From positions 1,760,001-1,824,000 of the forward strand of contig OZ224045.1 in assembly GCA_963665325.3 (NCBI GenBank): 64,000 nucleotides of DNA, in the 5' to 3' direction. Shown in pieces: positions 32,039 through 39,784 of this stretch (position 1 is its first letter; each line of letters begins with the position of its first letter). The notes beneath the pieces were generated by a model. That model saw only the letters and a list, made by a program, of their open reading frames with translations. It was not told the origin of the DNA and made no database searches. Position numbers and translations under genes: made by a program. Source of the DNA: Alphaproteobacteria bacterium (lineage in GTDB: Bacteria > Pseudomonadota > Alphaproteobacteria > Bin95).

Positions 32039-32404
32039 ATGGGCGCGACCCGTCAATACTGCATCACCTGCCCGCGTTCGGACTGGCGGGCGGTCCAGGA
32101 CCTTGCGCAGGCGGCGGGGATGAAGACCTCGCCCTTCATCCTGAGGGAGGTGCTGGGCGAGGACAGCCGGATGGCGCTGACGGGCGGGGAGCAGCGCGCA
32201 CTGCATGACCGGGTGCTGCGCATGGCGTCGCTGGGCGAAGCGCTTGTGGAGCCCTTGGCCGGCAGCGGCGTGACGCTCGGCGAGGCGCTGGCGTTCCTCG
32301 CCAGCGAACTCCGGTCCCGGCAGCAAAGGGAGGCGAAAAGGACACGGGTCCGCCCGTTGCGCACCGCCGGGGCGCCGGACCTGTTCGGGGAGGGGCTGCC
32401 GTGA
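32039..32404 (+). CDS. MobC/RHH-like protein B
   Basis: YCITCPRSDWRAVQDLAQAAGMKTSPFIL; paralog of A; ORF intact in both arms. Confidence 0.65.
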   Translation: MGATRQYCITCPRSDWRAVQDLAQAAGMKTSPFILREVLGEDSRMALTGGEQRALHDRVLRMASLGEALVEPLAGSGVTLGEALAFLASELRSRQQREAKRTRVRPLRTAGAPDLFGEGLP

Positions 32405-32832
32405 AGCCACGCAAGGCGCCTGAAGAGCGCTCTGTCTCGCATTCGATCTCCTGCACGCCGCTGCAATGGGCGCGGATGCGTGAGCTTGCGGAAGGGGCCG
32501 GCATGCGGACCTCGCCCTGGATCGTGGGCCGTGTGCTGAAGCGCGAGGGGTTCGGCGGCGCCGGCCATGCGCTGGAGCTGGACGGGGAGCAGCAGCGGGC
32601 CATGCGCGATGCGGCGGCGGACGCGGAGGCGGCGCTGTCGCTCCTGTCAGCGAATTCCAGCGAGGCGTCTGCCGGTCTTCGCGAGACGGTGGCGCTGCTG
32701 TTCGAGGCGCGTCTGGCCGAAATGGCGCGCGAAGGACGCCGGGAGGCGATGGAAACCCTGCTGGCGGCGGTCGTCGGCCCGGAGCGCGCGGCTGCTATCG
32801 CCGGCCGCGTTCGGGCGCGGCAGTACGGATGA
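32401..32832 (+). CDS. MobC/RHH-like protein C
   Basis: HSISCTPLQWARMRELAEGAGMRTSPWIV; GTGA overlap with B. Confidence 0.65.
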   Translation: MKPRKAPEERSVSHSISCTPLQWARMRELAEGAGMRTSPWIVGRVLKREGFGGAGHALELDGEQQRAMRDAAADAEAALSLLSANSSEASAGLRETVALLFEARLAEMAREGRREAMETLLAAVVGPERAAAIAGRVRARQYG

Positions 32833-32875
32833 CAGATGGCGTGCGGGACGAGTTATCCTGTAGGAACTTGAAAGG

Positions 32876-32919
32876 TCACACTATAGGAATGCCATGTAAT
32901 TCATGGCATTCAAGTGTGA
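32876..32919. other. AT-rich hairpin (oriT- or terminator-like)
   Basis: TCACACT-ATAG-GAATGCCATG-TAATT-CATGGCATTC-A-AGTGTGA. Confidence 0.6.
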
Positions 32920-33436
32920 TAGACAGGTCTTTTACGGTCATATGGATAATGTAGAACCTACAGTAAGAAATCTGTGTGAAATGAGTTGCCGTCCGGTCGC
33001 AGCCTTTCCGGCATGCGGATTCTCGCGGATCTGCATTCCGGTATCGTCAACCGTGCGGCGCCTGTTCGCGACGGTCAGGAAGCGCACTCGGTTGCTGAAG
33101 TTCGGCGGCGCCGCTGGCAGGCGAGGCGCGCGGCCCCGAGACGGCCGGAGCGGCGGTCGATACGGCATGGTGCGAGATGAGGCTTGACGGCGGTCCGGCG
33201 AAATGGCGCGGCCGCGCCCCGGTCCCACGGTCAGCGCCCATGGGCGCCATGTCCGGCGGCCCGGTCCCACAAGCGGGGCCCATGGCGCCGCAACATTCAG
33301 CGCCCGTGGGAGCCACGCCCGGCTCCCGGTCGCGTGGTCCGCGCCCGTGGCGCCCCGGTCCCGGGACTGGCGCCCACGGATATGGCGGCCGATGAGGGCT
33401 CGTGGCAGGATCGGGAGACCGTGGCGGGAGGCGAAT

Positions 33437-34231
33437 GTGGCGGAGCGGTTCATGTTCGATGCGGCCGGCATCGAGGCGCTGGCGCCCGGCGACCGGGAGC
33501 GGCGCGTCTGGGACGAGGCGCTGAAGGGGTTCGGGGTTCGTGTCCGGCCGTCGGGGACGAAGTCGTGGATCGTCAATGCCAGCACGACAGGGGCGGACGG
33601 GAGGGTGCGCAGCCGGCGGATCACGCTCGGCCAGTGCGGGGAGATGAGCCTGGAGGAGGCGCGGGCTGAGGCGCGGAAGCTCTTGGGCGCTGGCGTCGGG
33701 GCGGCCGCCGTCGAAGGCCAGCCGGCTGCGGGCATGGATGACCGGGGCTTGCGGGATCGCGGCGAGGGCATCGAGGATGGTGCGCCGAAATCGGCCGCCG
33801 CTGTCGGGAGAGCGGCGGTGGAGACGGGCGGGGATGCGGACCGGCCCGGCGGGGACCCGGCGGGTGGTCTGGCGAAGACGCTGGACGGCATTCGCGGCGG
33901 CGTGGACAGGATCGAGGCGTGGAACGCCAGGACGGACGCGCAAATGGAGCTGCTGTCGAGCGCGGTGGCGGTGAGCGCCATGGACCGCCGGCGGGGGCGC
34001 CGGCGTCTGGCGGTCTGGCTTCTGGCGATCGTGGTTGCGGCGGCGGTCGGGCTCGCCGGCGGCGCGTTTGTCCAGAGCCGCTATCCGGTCCTGCCCCGGG
34101 ATGATCCGACCCTGGGCTGGAAGGACCATGTCTGGAATCATTACGGTCAGGCGTTCAAGGATTGCTTCGAACGGGCCCGGAACGAGCAGTCGGGTCGTGC
34201 GAAGTGCGAGATCACCGTGCGCGCCAGGTGA
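33437..34231 (+). CDS. Integrase Arm-domain protein fused to a TM anchor (no catalytic domain)
   Basis: GGAGG + GTG; WDEALKGFGVRVRPSGTKSW...ITLG...SLEEARAEA, then a linker, RRRGRRR + TM helix and a Cys-pair tail. Confidence 0.75.
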   Translation: MAERFMFDAAGIEALAPGDRERRVWDEALKGFGVRVRPSGTKSWIVNASTTGADGRVRSRRITLGQCGEMSLEEARAEARKLLGAGVGAAAVEGQPAAGMDDRGLRDRGEGIEDGAPKSAAAVGRAAVETGGDADRPGGDPAGGLAKTLDGIRGGVDRIEAWNARTDAQMELLSSAVAVSAMDRRRGRRRLAVWLLAIVVAAAVGLAGGAFVQSRYPVLPRDDPTLGWKDHVWNHYGQAFKDCFERARNEQSGRAKCEITVRAR

Positions 34232-34261
34232 AGGCCGGCCGTGCTCCCGGCGCCCGGCCTC

Positions 34262-34540
34262 CTATCCGGAGATCAATGCCGCCGCGTTCAAACGCATCGT
34301 CACGATATGAAATATCATCCCCACAATGGACAACCAGCAGATCAGGAGTCCGGTTTGCGGATGAATGAACCACGGCCCGACCACCGGGACCGGGCGGTGG
34401 TGCGAGCAGTCCGGGCAGTCGCACCGGTCCCCGGCTGGCAACCGGTCGCGTTCGAGCCGGTCGATCCTGCCGCGCAGGTCGGCGGCCTCGGCGCGCAGCC
34501 GTTCGAGTTCGCCGTCTTCGCTTTCGGGTCTGTCGTTCAT
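34262..34540 (-). CDS. Coiled-coil/TM micro-protein, array copy 3
   Basis: ELERLRAEAADLR, CDCPDC and a hydrophobic helix. Confidence 0.6.
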   Translation of the reverse strand: MNDRPESEDGELERLRAEAADLRGRIDRLERDRLPAGDRCDCPDCSHHRPVPVVGPWFIHPQTGLLICWLSIVGMIFHIVTMRLNAAALISG

Positions 34541-34658
34541 GCAAGCGGCCTCTCCGGGTTGTACATGGTGGCGGTCATTCCGTGCTTCTGCGCCGCCCGA
34601 TATCGCGTCGGGGCGGACACGGCGCGTCCTCTCCCGGGCATGTCCGGCGAGGGGCCTC

Positions 34659-34907
34659 TCATTTGAGCGCAGCTGCGACGCACATCGTCATGGCCGCTGC
34701 CAGCTGCAGGACCGCCATGATGAACAGGAATGCGGTCAGCGGGTTGAGGAGCGGCGGCTCCGGGACGGGCGAGCAGTCCGGGCAGCCGCACGATTCTTCC
34801 GCTGGCGCCCGGTCGCATTCGAGCCCGCGGAGCTTGCCGCGAAGGGCCGCCACCTCGGTGCGCAGCCGTTCTAGGTCGCCGTCTTCGTTTTCGGGCCTGT
34901 CGGTCAT
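34659..34907 (-). CDS. Coiled-coil/TM micro-protein, array copy 2
   Basis: DLERLRTEVAALR, CGCPDC and a hydrophobic helix. Confidence 0.6.
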   Translation of the reverse strand: MTDRPENEDGDLERLRTEVAALRGKLRGLECDRAPAEESCGCPDCSPVPEPPLLNPLTAFLFIMAVLQLAAAMTMCVAAALK

Positions 34908-35215
34908 GCAGGGCTCTGCGGGCCGTTCATGCTGCCGGTCGTCCCGTGCTTCCGCCGCGCCCGGTAGTGCGCCGGGGCGGACACGGCGCATCCTCTGCCG
35001 GAAATGACCGGCGACCGGCTTTTCCATTCGCAGGTCTGCAATGCCGCCAGTATGCAGAGCACGGCGACACCCACCACGGTCGGCGCGTTCAGCACCGGCA
35101 TGCTGCGGGCCTCCCGCAGTTCGTCCCGCAGCCCGGCGTTCTCCTCGCGCAGGTCGGCGACCTCGGCGCGGAGCCGTTCGATTTCGCGGCTCCGGTAGTC
35201 CTCTCCGGCGTTCAT
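34904..35215 (-). CDS. Coiled-coil/TM micro-protein, array copy 1
   Basis: EIERLRAEVADLR and a hydrophobic helix; reads through into the spacer. Confidence 0.55.
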   Translation of the reverse strand: MNAGEDYRSREIERLRAEVADLREENAGLRDELREARSMPVLNAPTVVGVAVLCILAALQTCEWKSRSPVISGRGCAVSAPAHYRARRKHGTTGSMNGPQSPA

Positions 35216-35252
35216 GCGGGGGTCTCCGGGACGGATGCTGAGTTGCCCGGGC

Positions 35253-36254
35253 TCATGCAGCGGGCTCCCGTGCTCCGGCGGCGGCAGACGGCGGCGGCTC
35301 TCCGCTCTCCGGCGCGGGGTAGGAGATACGGAAGGCGGGGTCGATACGGTCGCTGGCGGGAAGGCGGTAGTAAAGCAGGGTCGCGGCGAGGTTGGTGTGC
35401 CCGAGCCAGTCGCGGACCGCCTCGGGCCGCGCGCCCTCGCGAAGCGCGGTCGCCGCAGCCGTCGCTCTCAGCGAATGCGCGCAGAGCCCCTCGACCTCGC
35501 GCGTGAGCCCCGCACGGTCTGCATGATGGCGCACGACATTGCTGTAGACCGAGCCCGGATCGAGCGCGCGGGCGAGCCGGCCGCCGCCGCGATTGTTGGC
35601 CACCGGACGGAACAGCGGCCCGGAGCGGTCCCGTCCATGGCCCGCCCGGTGGAGATAGGCCCCGATCCGTTGCTCCGTCTCGGGATGCAGCGCGGCAATG
35701 CGCATCCGGCCCCGGTTGCCCGCGACCTTCAGGCAGGGCCGGCCGTCGATACTGACGAGATCGCCCACGCCGAGTCCGCAGAGTTCCTCCCGCGTCAGCC
35801 CCTGGCAGAGCATGACGGCGAGGATGGCGCGGTCGCGCAGGCCCTTGACCGTGCCTTCGGGCGGCGCGTCGAGGAGCCGGCGCGCCTGCTCCCCGGTCAG
35901 CACCGGGGCCGCGTTCGGGCCCTCTTCGTCAACGGGCCGCTCGACGCCCCGGACCGGGTTGGCCACCACTGCCCCTTTGGCCAGCAGTTCGTCGAACAGC
36001 GATGACAGGGCCGAGAGCTTGCGGCGCACACTCGCCGGCCTGAGTGGGCGCGCAAGCAGCGCCTCGCGCCAGGCTTCCACCCGGTCCGGCGCGGCCTCCC
36101 GCAGCCCCCCGGGTTCCGAAAGGCCCGCAAAGCTCATGAACTCCGCAACGTCGCGCAGATAGCCCCTGCGATTGTGGCCGCTCTCGATCCCGGCGAACCA
36201 CACCTCCCTCGGCGGCATCGCGGCGAGGCGCTGCGGGGGTCTGTCCTCGGGCAT
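35253..36254 (-). CDS. XerC/TnpI-like tyrosine recombinase with degenerate active site
   Basis: SVRRKLSALSSLF, NPV, RDRAIL, HSLR, LGH and Y present; GLTREEL (R->T) and GNRGR (K->N) are degenerate. Confidence 0.85.
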   Translation of the reverse strand: MPEDRPPQRLAAMPPREVWFAGIESGHNRRGYLRDVAEFMSFAGLSEPGGLREAAPDRVEAWREALLARPLRPASVRRKLSALSSLFDELLAKGAVVANPVRGVERPVDEEGPNAAPVLTGEQARRLLDAPPEGTVKGLRDRAILAVMLCQGLTREELCGLGVGDLVSIDGRPCLKVAGNRGRMRIAALHPETEQRIGAYLHRAGHGRDRSGPLFRPVANNRGGGRLARALDPGSVYSNVVRHHADRAGLTREVEGLCAHSLRATAAATALREGARPEAVRDWLGHTNLAATLLYYRLPASDRIDPAFRISYPAPESGEPPPSAAAGAREPAA

Positions 36255-36289
36255 GGCGGTTCCTGCGGTGGAGGGGTTGTCCTTATAAC

Positions 36290-36304
36290 GATAAGAACGT
36301 TATC
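36290..36304. other. Possible recombinase core site upstream of the recombinase gene
   Basis: Inverted repeat GATAA-GAACG-TTATC in an AT-rich patch. Confidence 0.35.
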
Positions 36305-36461
36305 ATATTCTATGGCATCGGGCAAGTGACGTTGCCCGCACAGAATGCTGGAGGGAGGCCGGGGCCTTGAGACTGCTCTGCACGCATTTCGACTACGGGT
36401 TCCGCCTCCACGGCCGCGAGGGCGGCCTCAACGGAACGCGCTGGATCTTCGAGCCGCTTCC

Positions 36462-36583
36462 TGCGGAATATCACCAATGTAGCCGGCGAATATCGTTCAA
36501 CGTAGCCGGCCGATTTCACCCAAAGTAGCCACTCAGTTTCAGCAAAGTAGCCACCCGGAGCGAAGCGACGCGATCACGATGTT
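36462..36583 (+). mobile_element. Solo IS21-family-like terminal remnant
   Basis: Begins TGCG; four GTAGCC-containing repeats at 36479/36502/36525/36547 (23, 23, 22 bp spacing); no transposase follows. Confidence 0.6.
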
Positions 36584-36948
36584 GCCAGCAGGGTTTCCAT
36601 CTCCTCCCGGCGTCCCTCGCGCGCCATTTCGGCCAGACGCGCCTCGAACAGCAGCGCCACCGTCTCGCGAAGACCGGCAGACGCCTCGTCGGAATTCGCT
36701 GACAGGAGCGACAGCGCCGCCTCCGCGTCCGCCGCCGCATTGCGCATGGCCCGCTGCTGCCCCCCGTCCAGCTCCAGCGCATGGCCGGCGGCTCCGAACC
36801 CCTCGCGCTTCAGCACCCGGCCCACGATCCAGGGCGAGGTCCGCATGCCGGCCCCTTCCGCAAGCTCCCGCATCCGCGCCCATTGCAGCGGCGTACACGA
36901 GATCGAATGCGAGACCGAGCGCTCTTCCGGCGCCTTGCGCGGCTTCAT
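36574..36948 (-). CDS. RHH-like protein C', 3'-truncated
   Basis: Near-identical to 32401..32832 but ends ETLLATS. Confidence 0.6.
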   Translation of the reverse strand: MKPRKAPEERSVSHSISCTPLQWARMRELAEGAGMRTSPWIVGRVLKREGFGAAGHALELDGGQQRAMRNAAADAEAALSLLSANSDEASAGLRETVALLFEARLAEMAREGRREEMETLLATS

Positions 36949-37310
36949 CGCGGCCCCTCCCCGAACAGGTCCGGCACCCCGGCGGTGCGCGACGGGCGGG
37001 CCCGTGTCCTTTTCGCCTCCCTCCGCTGCCGGGACCGGAGCTCGCTGCCGAGGAACGCCAGCGCCTCGCCGGGCGTCACGCCGCTGCCGGCCAAGGGCTC
37101 CACAAGCGCTTCGCCCAGCGACGCCATGCGCAGCACCCGGTCGTGCAGTGCGCGCTGCTCCCCGCCCGTCAGCGCCATCCGGCTGTCCTCGCCCAGCACC
37201 TCCCTCAGGATGAAGGGCGAGGTCTTCATCCCCGCCGCCTGCGCAAGGTCCTGGACCGCCCGCCAGTCCGAACGCGGGCATGTAATGCAGTATTGACGGG
37301 TCGCGCCCAT
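36945..37310 (-). CDS. RHH-like protein B'
   Basis: Near-identical to 32039..32404. Confidence 0.65.
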   Translation of the reverse strand: MGATRQYCITCPRSDWRAVQDLAQAAGMKTSPFILREVLGEDSRMALTGGEQRALHDRVLRMASLGEALVEPLAGSGVTPGEALAFLGSELRSRQRREAKRTRARPSRTAGVPDLFGEGPR

Positions 37311-37311
37311 A

Positions 37312-37632
37312 TCAGCCCTCTCCCTCGTCGGCCGCCACCGAGGCTTCCGCTTCCTCCACCAGACGCCGCCAGACGCCGCCCCGCCCCCCGGCTTCGAACC
37401 GCAGCCGCTCGGCCAGCACCAGGAGGCGCAGGTCCGCCGTCGCCCGGCGCTTCACGGCAAGGGGCAGGTCATCCGCACTCTCCGCCGCCGCCTCCGCAGG
37501 CGCGAGACCGCGGCCGACAAGGAACTCGGATGTCGAAATTCCGGCCTTGTCCGCGCGCCTGCGGATCAGGCGCCAGTCGCTGTCGGTCGCCATCACCGAG
37601 CGCGGCCTCTTCCTGCCGTCATCAGCCGTCAC
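37312..37632 (-). CDS. RHH-like protein A'
   Basis: Near-identical to 31717..32037. Confidence 0.65.
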   Translation of the reverse strand: MTADDGRKRPRSVMATDSDWRLIRRRADKAGISTSEFLVGRGLAPAEAAAESADDLPLAVKRRATADLRLLVLAERLRFEAGGRGGVWRRLVEEAEASVAADEGEG

Positions 37633-38378
37633 GAGCTTTCTCCTACCATGAAACACAGGATCAACATGGCTGTTCCCCGGCGAAACACAGAAGCGCCGCA
37701 TCAATGAAGTATCCATGTCGCCATCGCGCCCCATGGTGTCGTCCATTATCATCCGCGACCCCACAAGGCCAGCACCCGGAAAACGACGCCGGAGGGGAAC
37801 CCGATGCGCATCCAGGACAGGAGGTCCGGGCGCTACCATGAAACCGCGTGTTTGCACCACGGTCCCACAGTCAGCGCCCACGGGCGCCATGATGGACACC
37901 ATGCCGGGCGCCACGGTCTCACGATCAGCACCCGAAGACACCGCATCCGGTGCTTTCGGCACCGCGTGCGGTGCTCCTGTCCAGCCCCACAAAATCCCCA
38001 ATTTGCAAATGCAATGCCCACGATATTCAATTATCCTACAACATAATCTTGACACAAGGGGCTTGCTTTGACCCCCGTAATCCCCTACTGTTACTCTTCC
38101 TACGAGGAAAACAGCGTTTCAACCAAAAGGTGTTCCTATAGTCATGAAAATTGATAGGTCAGGCACACCGGGCAGCAGTTTGAAGTTGCGGCCCGCTGCC
38201 GTGGGATCGTGCGAGTAGCCGAATTGTTGAGCTGTCGGGCAGCGCCGCGCGCGTTGCGGGCAACGCACTCCCGGGAGCGCATCGGCAGAGACCCGCACAG
38301 TCTGCCGGGCCTGAGGCGCAGGCACCGGGCGGGGCTAAGCCTCGCCAATACGCGGTTTGAATTCGGAGAGTTCATATT

Positions 38379-39713
38379 TTGCCGTTTCATATTTCGCCGG
38401 GGACCCTCGCGCTCGCAGGGGCCGCCACGCTTGTTGCAATGTCCATCGCCAGCCTCTCCGCTGCACAGGCCGGTCCGGCCGAGCGGCTCTGGGAGGACCT
38501 GCAGCTTCAGGCGGTCGGCTGCGGAACGGCGGGCGACGGGTCCATGTCGACGGGTGCGCGTTGCCTGTTCGGCAATGGCCTGAATTTCCTTCTCGAAGAA
38601 AGCATGCGCCTGGCGGGCGAATATGGAGGAAAGGCCTTCGGACAACGGTTCCGGGTGGTTGGGAAGCCGGCATTCGCGCCGGCTTCGGGCGGGACCGGGT
38701 CGACGGCCGATCTTGACGTTGTGGTTCCTTTTGCCGGGGCGGAGCCGTCGGTGGCGGAAAAGCCCTCGGGATCGGCGCTGTTCCTCCAGCAGGGCGTTAC
38801 CCACTGGCAGGACGGGCTCGGGACACCGCGCAACGACCTGCGTTACGGCCTCGTTTACCGTTTCCGGGTTTCGGACAGGCCGGATGCGGACATCCTCGGG
38901 CTCTCCGTGCTCCAACTGCACAACGCCGAGCGGCAGCACCGGGTCCTCGTCTCCGGGATCGACTATTCCGGGAGATGGGGGAGCGGGTCGCTCCGTCATT
39001 TCATGCCGACCACAGGCTGGCGTTCGAACCGCCGGGGCCGGGAGGAGCGGGCGCTTGGCGGCACGGAGTTCTCGACGCGCCTGGACCTCACATCGACCCT
39101 GGACATGAATGCGACCGGCTATCGCCGGGAGTCCGGGGACGGTTCCGGGCACCGGAACGAAGGTGTGCGCATGGGGTTCGCCTGGCGCCCGCATCCCTGG
39201 CTGCAGCTGGGCGCCGGCTACGACCGTTACAGCGGGGGCGACGGCGCGGTGGCGTTCCGCATCGGGTTCAGGATGCCGCTCGGGAGCCCGTCGAAACCGC
39301 CTCGGTGGGAAGGGCTGGGCGTGGCGGCCGGCGGCGCCGCACCGGGCGATTCTGAGCTTTGGCGGCCGGTCGAGGGAGACAGCCGGATCCTGACCGCCAC
39401 ACGCGAGAGTGTCTCCGACCTCGTCGACGAGGCGGAGGTCCGGTTCCTGCAGGACACCGTCGAGAGCGGCGACTCGATCCTGCTCGAAGTCGTGCTTCCG
39501 TCCGCTGCGCCGGAGGACATCCGGGTCGAGGTCCGTCTCGTGCCCGGCAGCGGGGCCAATCCCGCCGTGCCCGGCGAGGATTTCGTCGATGAGCCCGTGG
39601 CGCTCACGATCCCCGCGGGTGCGGTGAGTGGCACAGTTGCCATTCAACTCCTGCGGAACGGCGACCAGCAGGAAAACCGGAGCCTGGGCGCTACGGTTGC
39701 ACTGGTCTCGTGA
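38379..39713 (+). CDS. Inverse autotransporter (intimin/invasin-type barrel) with one Calx-beta-like domain
   Basis: Signal peptide; barrel motifs FLQQG..RND..GLVYR, QHR..GIDY, PTTGW..EERALGG and WRPVE; C-terminal AVPGEDF..LTIPAG...TVAIQLL. Confidence 0.65.
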   Translation: MPFHISPGTLALAGAATLVAMSIASLSAAQAGPAERLWEDLQLQAVGCGTAGDGSMSTGARCLFGNGLNFLLEESMRLAGEYGGKAFGQRFRVVGKPAFAPASGGTGSTADLDVVVPFAGAEPSVAEKPSGSALFLQQGVTHWQDGLGTPRNDLRYGLVYRFRVSDRPDADILGLSVLQLHNAERQHRVLVSGIDYSGRWGSGSLRHFMPTTGWRSNRRGREERALGGTEFSTRLDLTSTLDMNATGYRRESGDGSGHRNEGVRMGFAWRPHPWLQLGAGYDRYSGGDGAVAFRIGFRMPLGSPSKPPRWEGLGVAAGGAAPGDSELWRPVEGDSRILTATRESVSDLVDEAEVRFLQDTVESGDSILLEVVLPSAAPEDIRVEVRLVPGSGANPAVPGEDFVDEPVALTIPAGAVSGTVAIQLLRNGDQQENRSLGATVALVS

Positions 39714-39784
39714 CCGTGCCCCGGCCGGCCGGAGCGGCGGCGCCGGAAACAGGGCGGGCGCATTCGCGCAGATGGGATAAGGCC

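Larger units (their letters stand above)
31179..32765 (+). repeat. Left ~1.59-kb inverted arm
   Basis: Reverse complement of 36584-38169; first 52 bp identical, then scattered substitutions. Confidence 0.95.
36584..38169 (-). repeat. Right ~1.59-kb inverted arm
   Basis: Reverse complement of 31179-32765; truncated at the IS remnant. Confidence 0.95.
26961..38176. mobile_element. Candidate tandem-integrase integrative element containing a nested inverted relative
   Basis: Direct repeat ACACCGGGCAGC at 26961-26972 and 38165-38176; two integrases at the left end; TTTTCCTCGT ~50-60 bp inside both ends in inverted orientation. Confidence 0.6.

Noticed and set aside
36462-36556. 22-23-bp repeats as CRISPR
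   Set aside because: There are no spacers; the pattern fits an IS end better.
31181-38167. Single Tn7/Mu-like transposon with TGT...ACA ends
   Set aside because: The flanks TCTGG and CCGGG are not a duplication, the Na/Pi gene does not resume, there is no DDE gene inside, and the arms are diverged.
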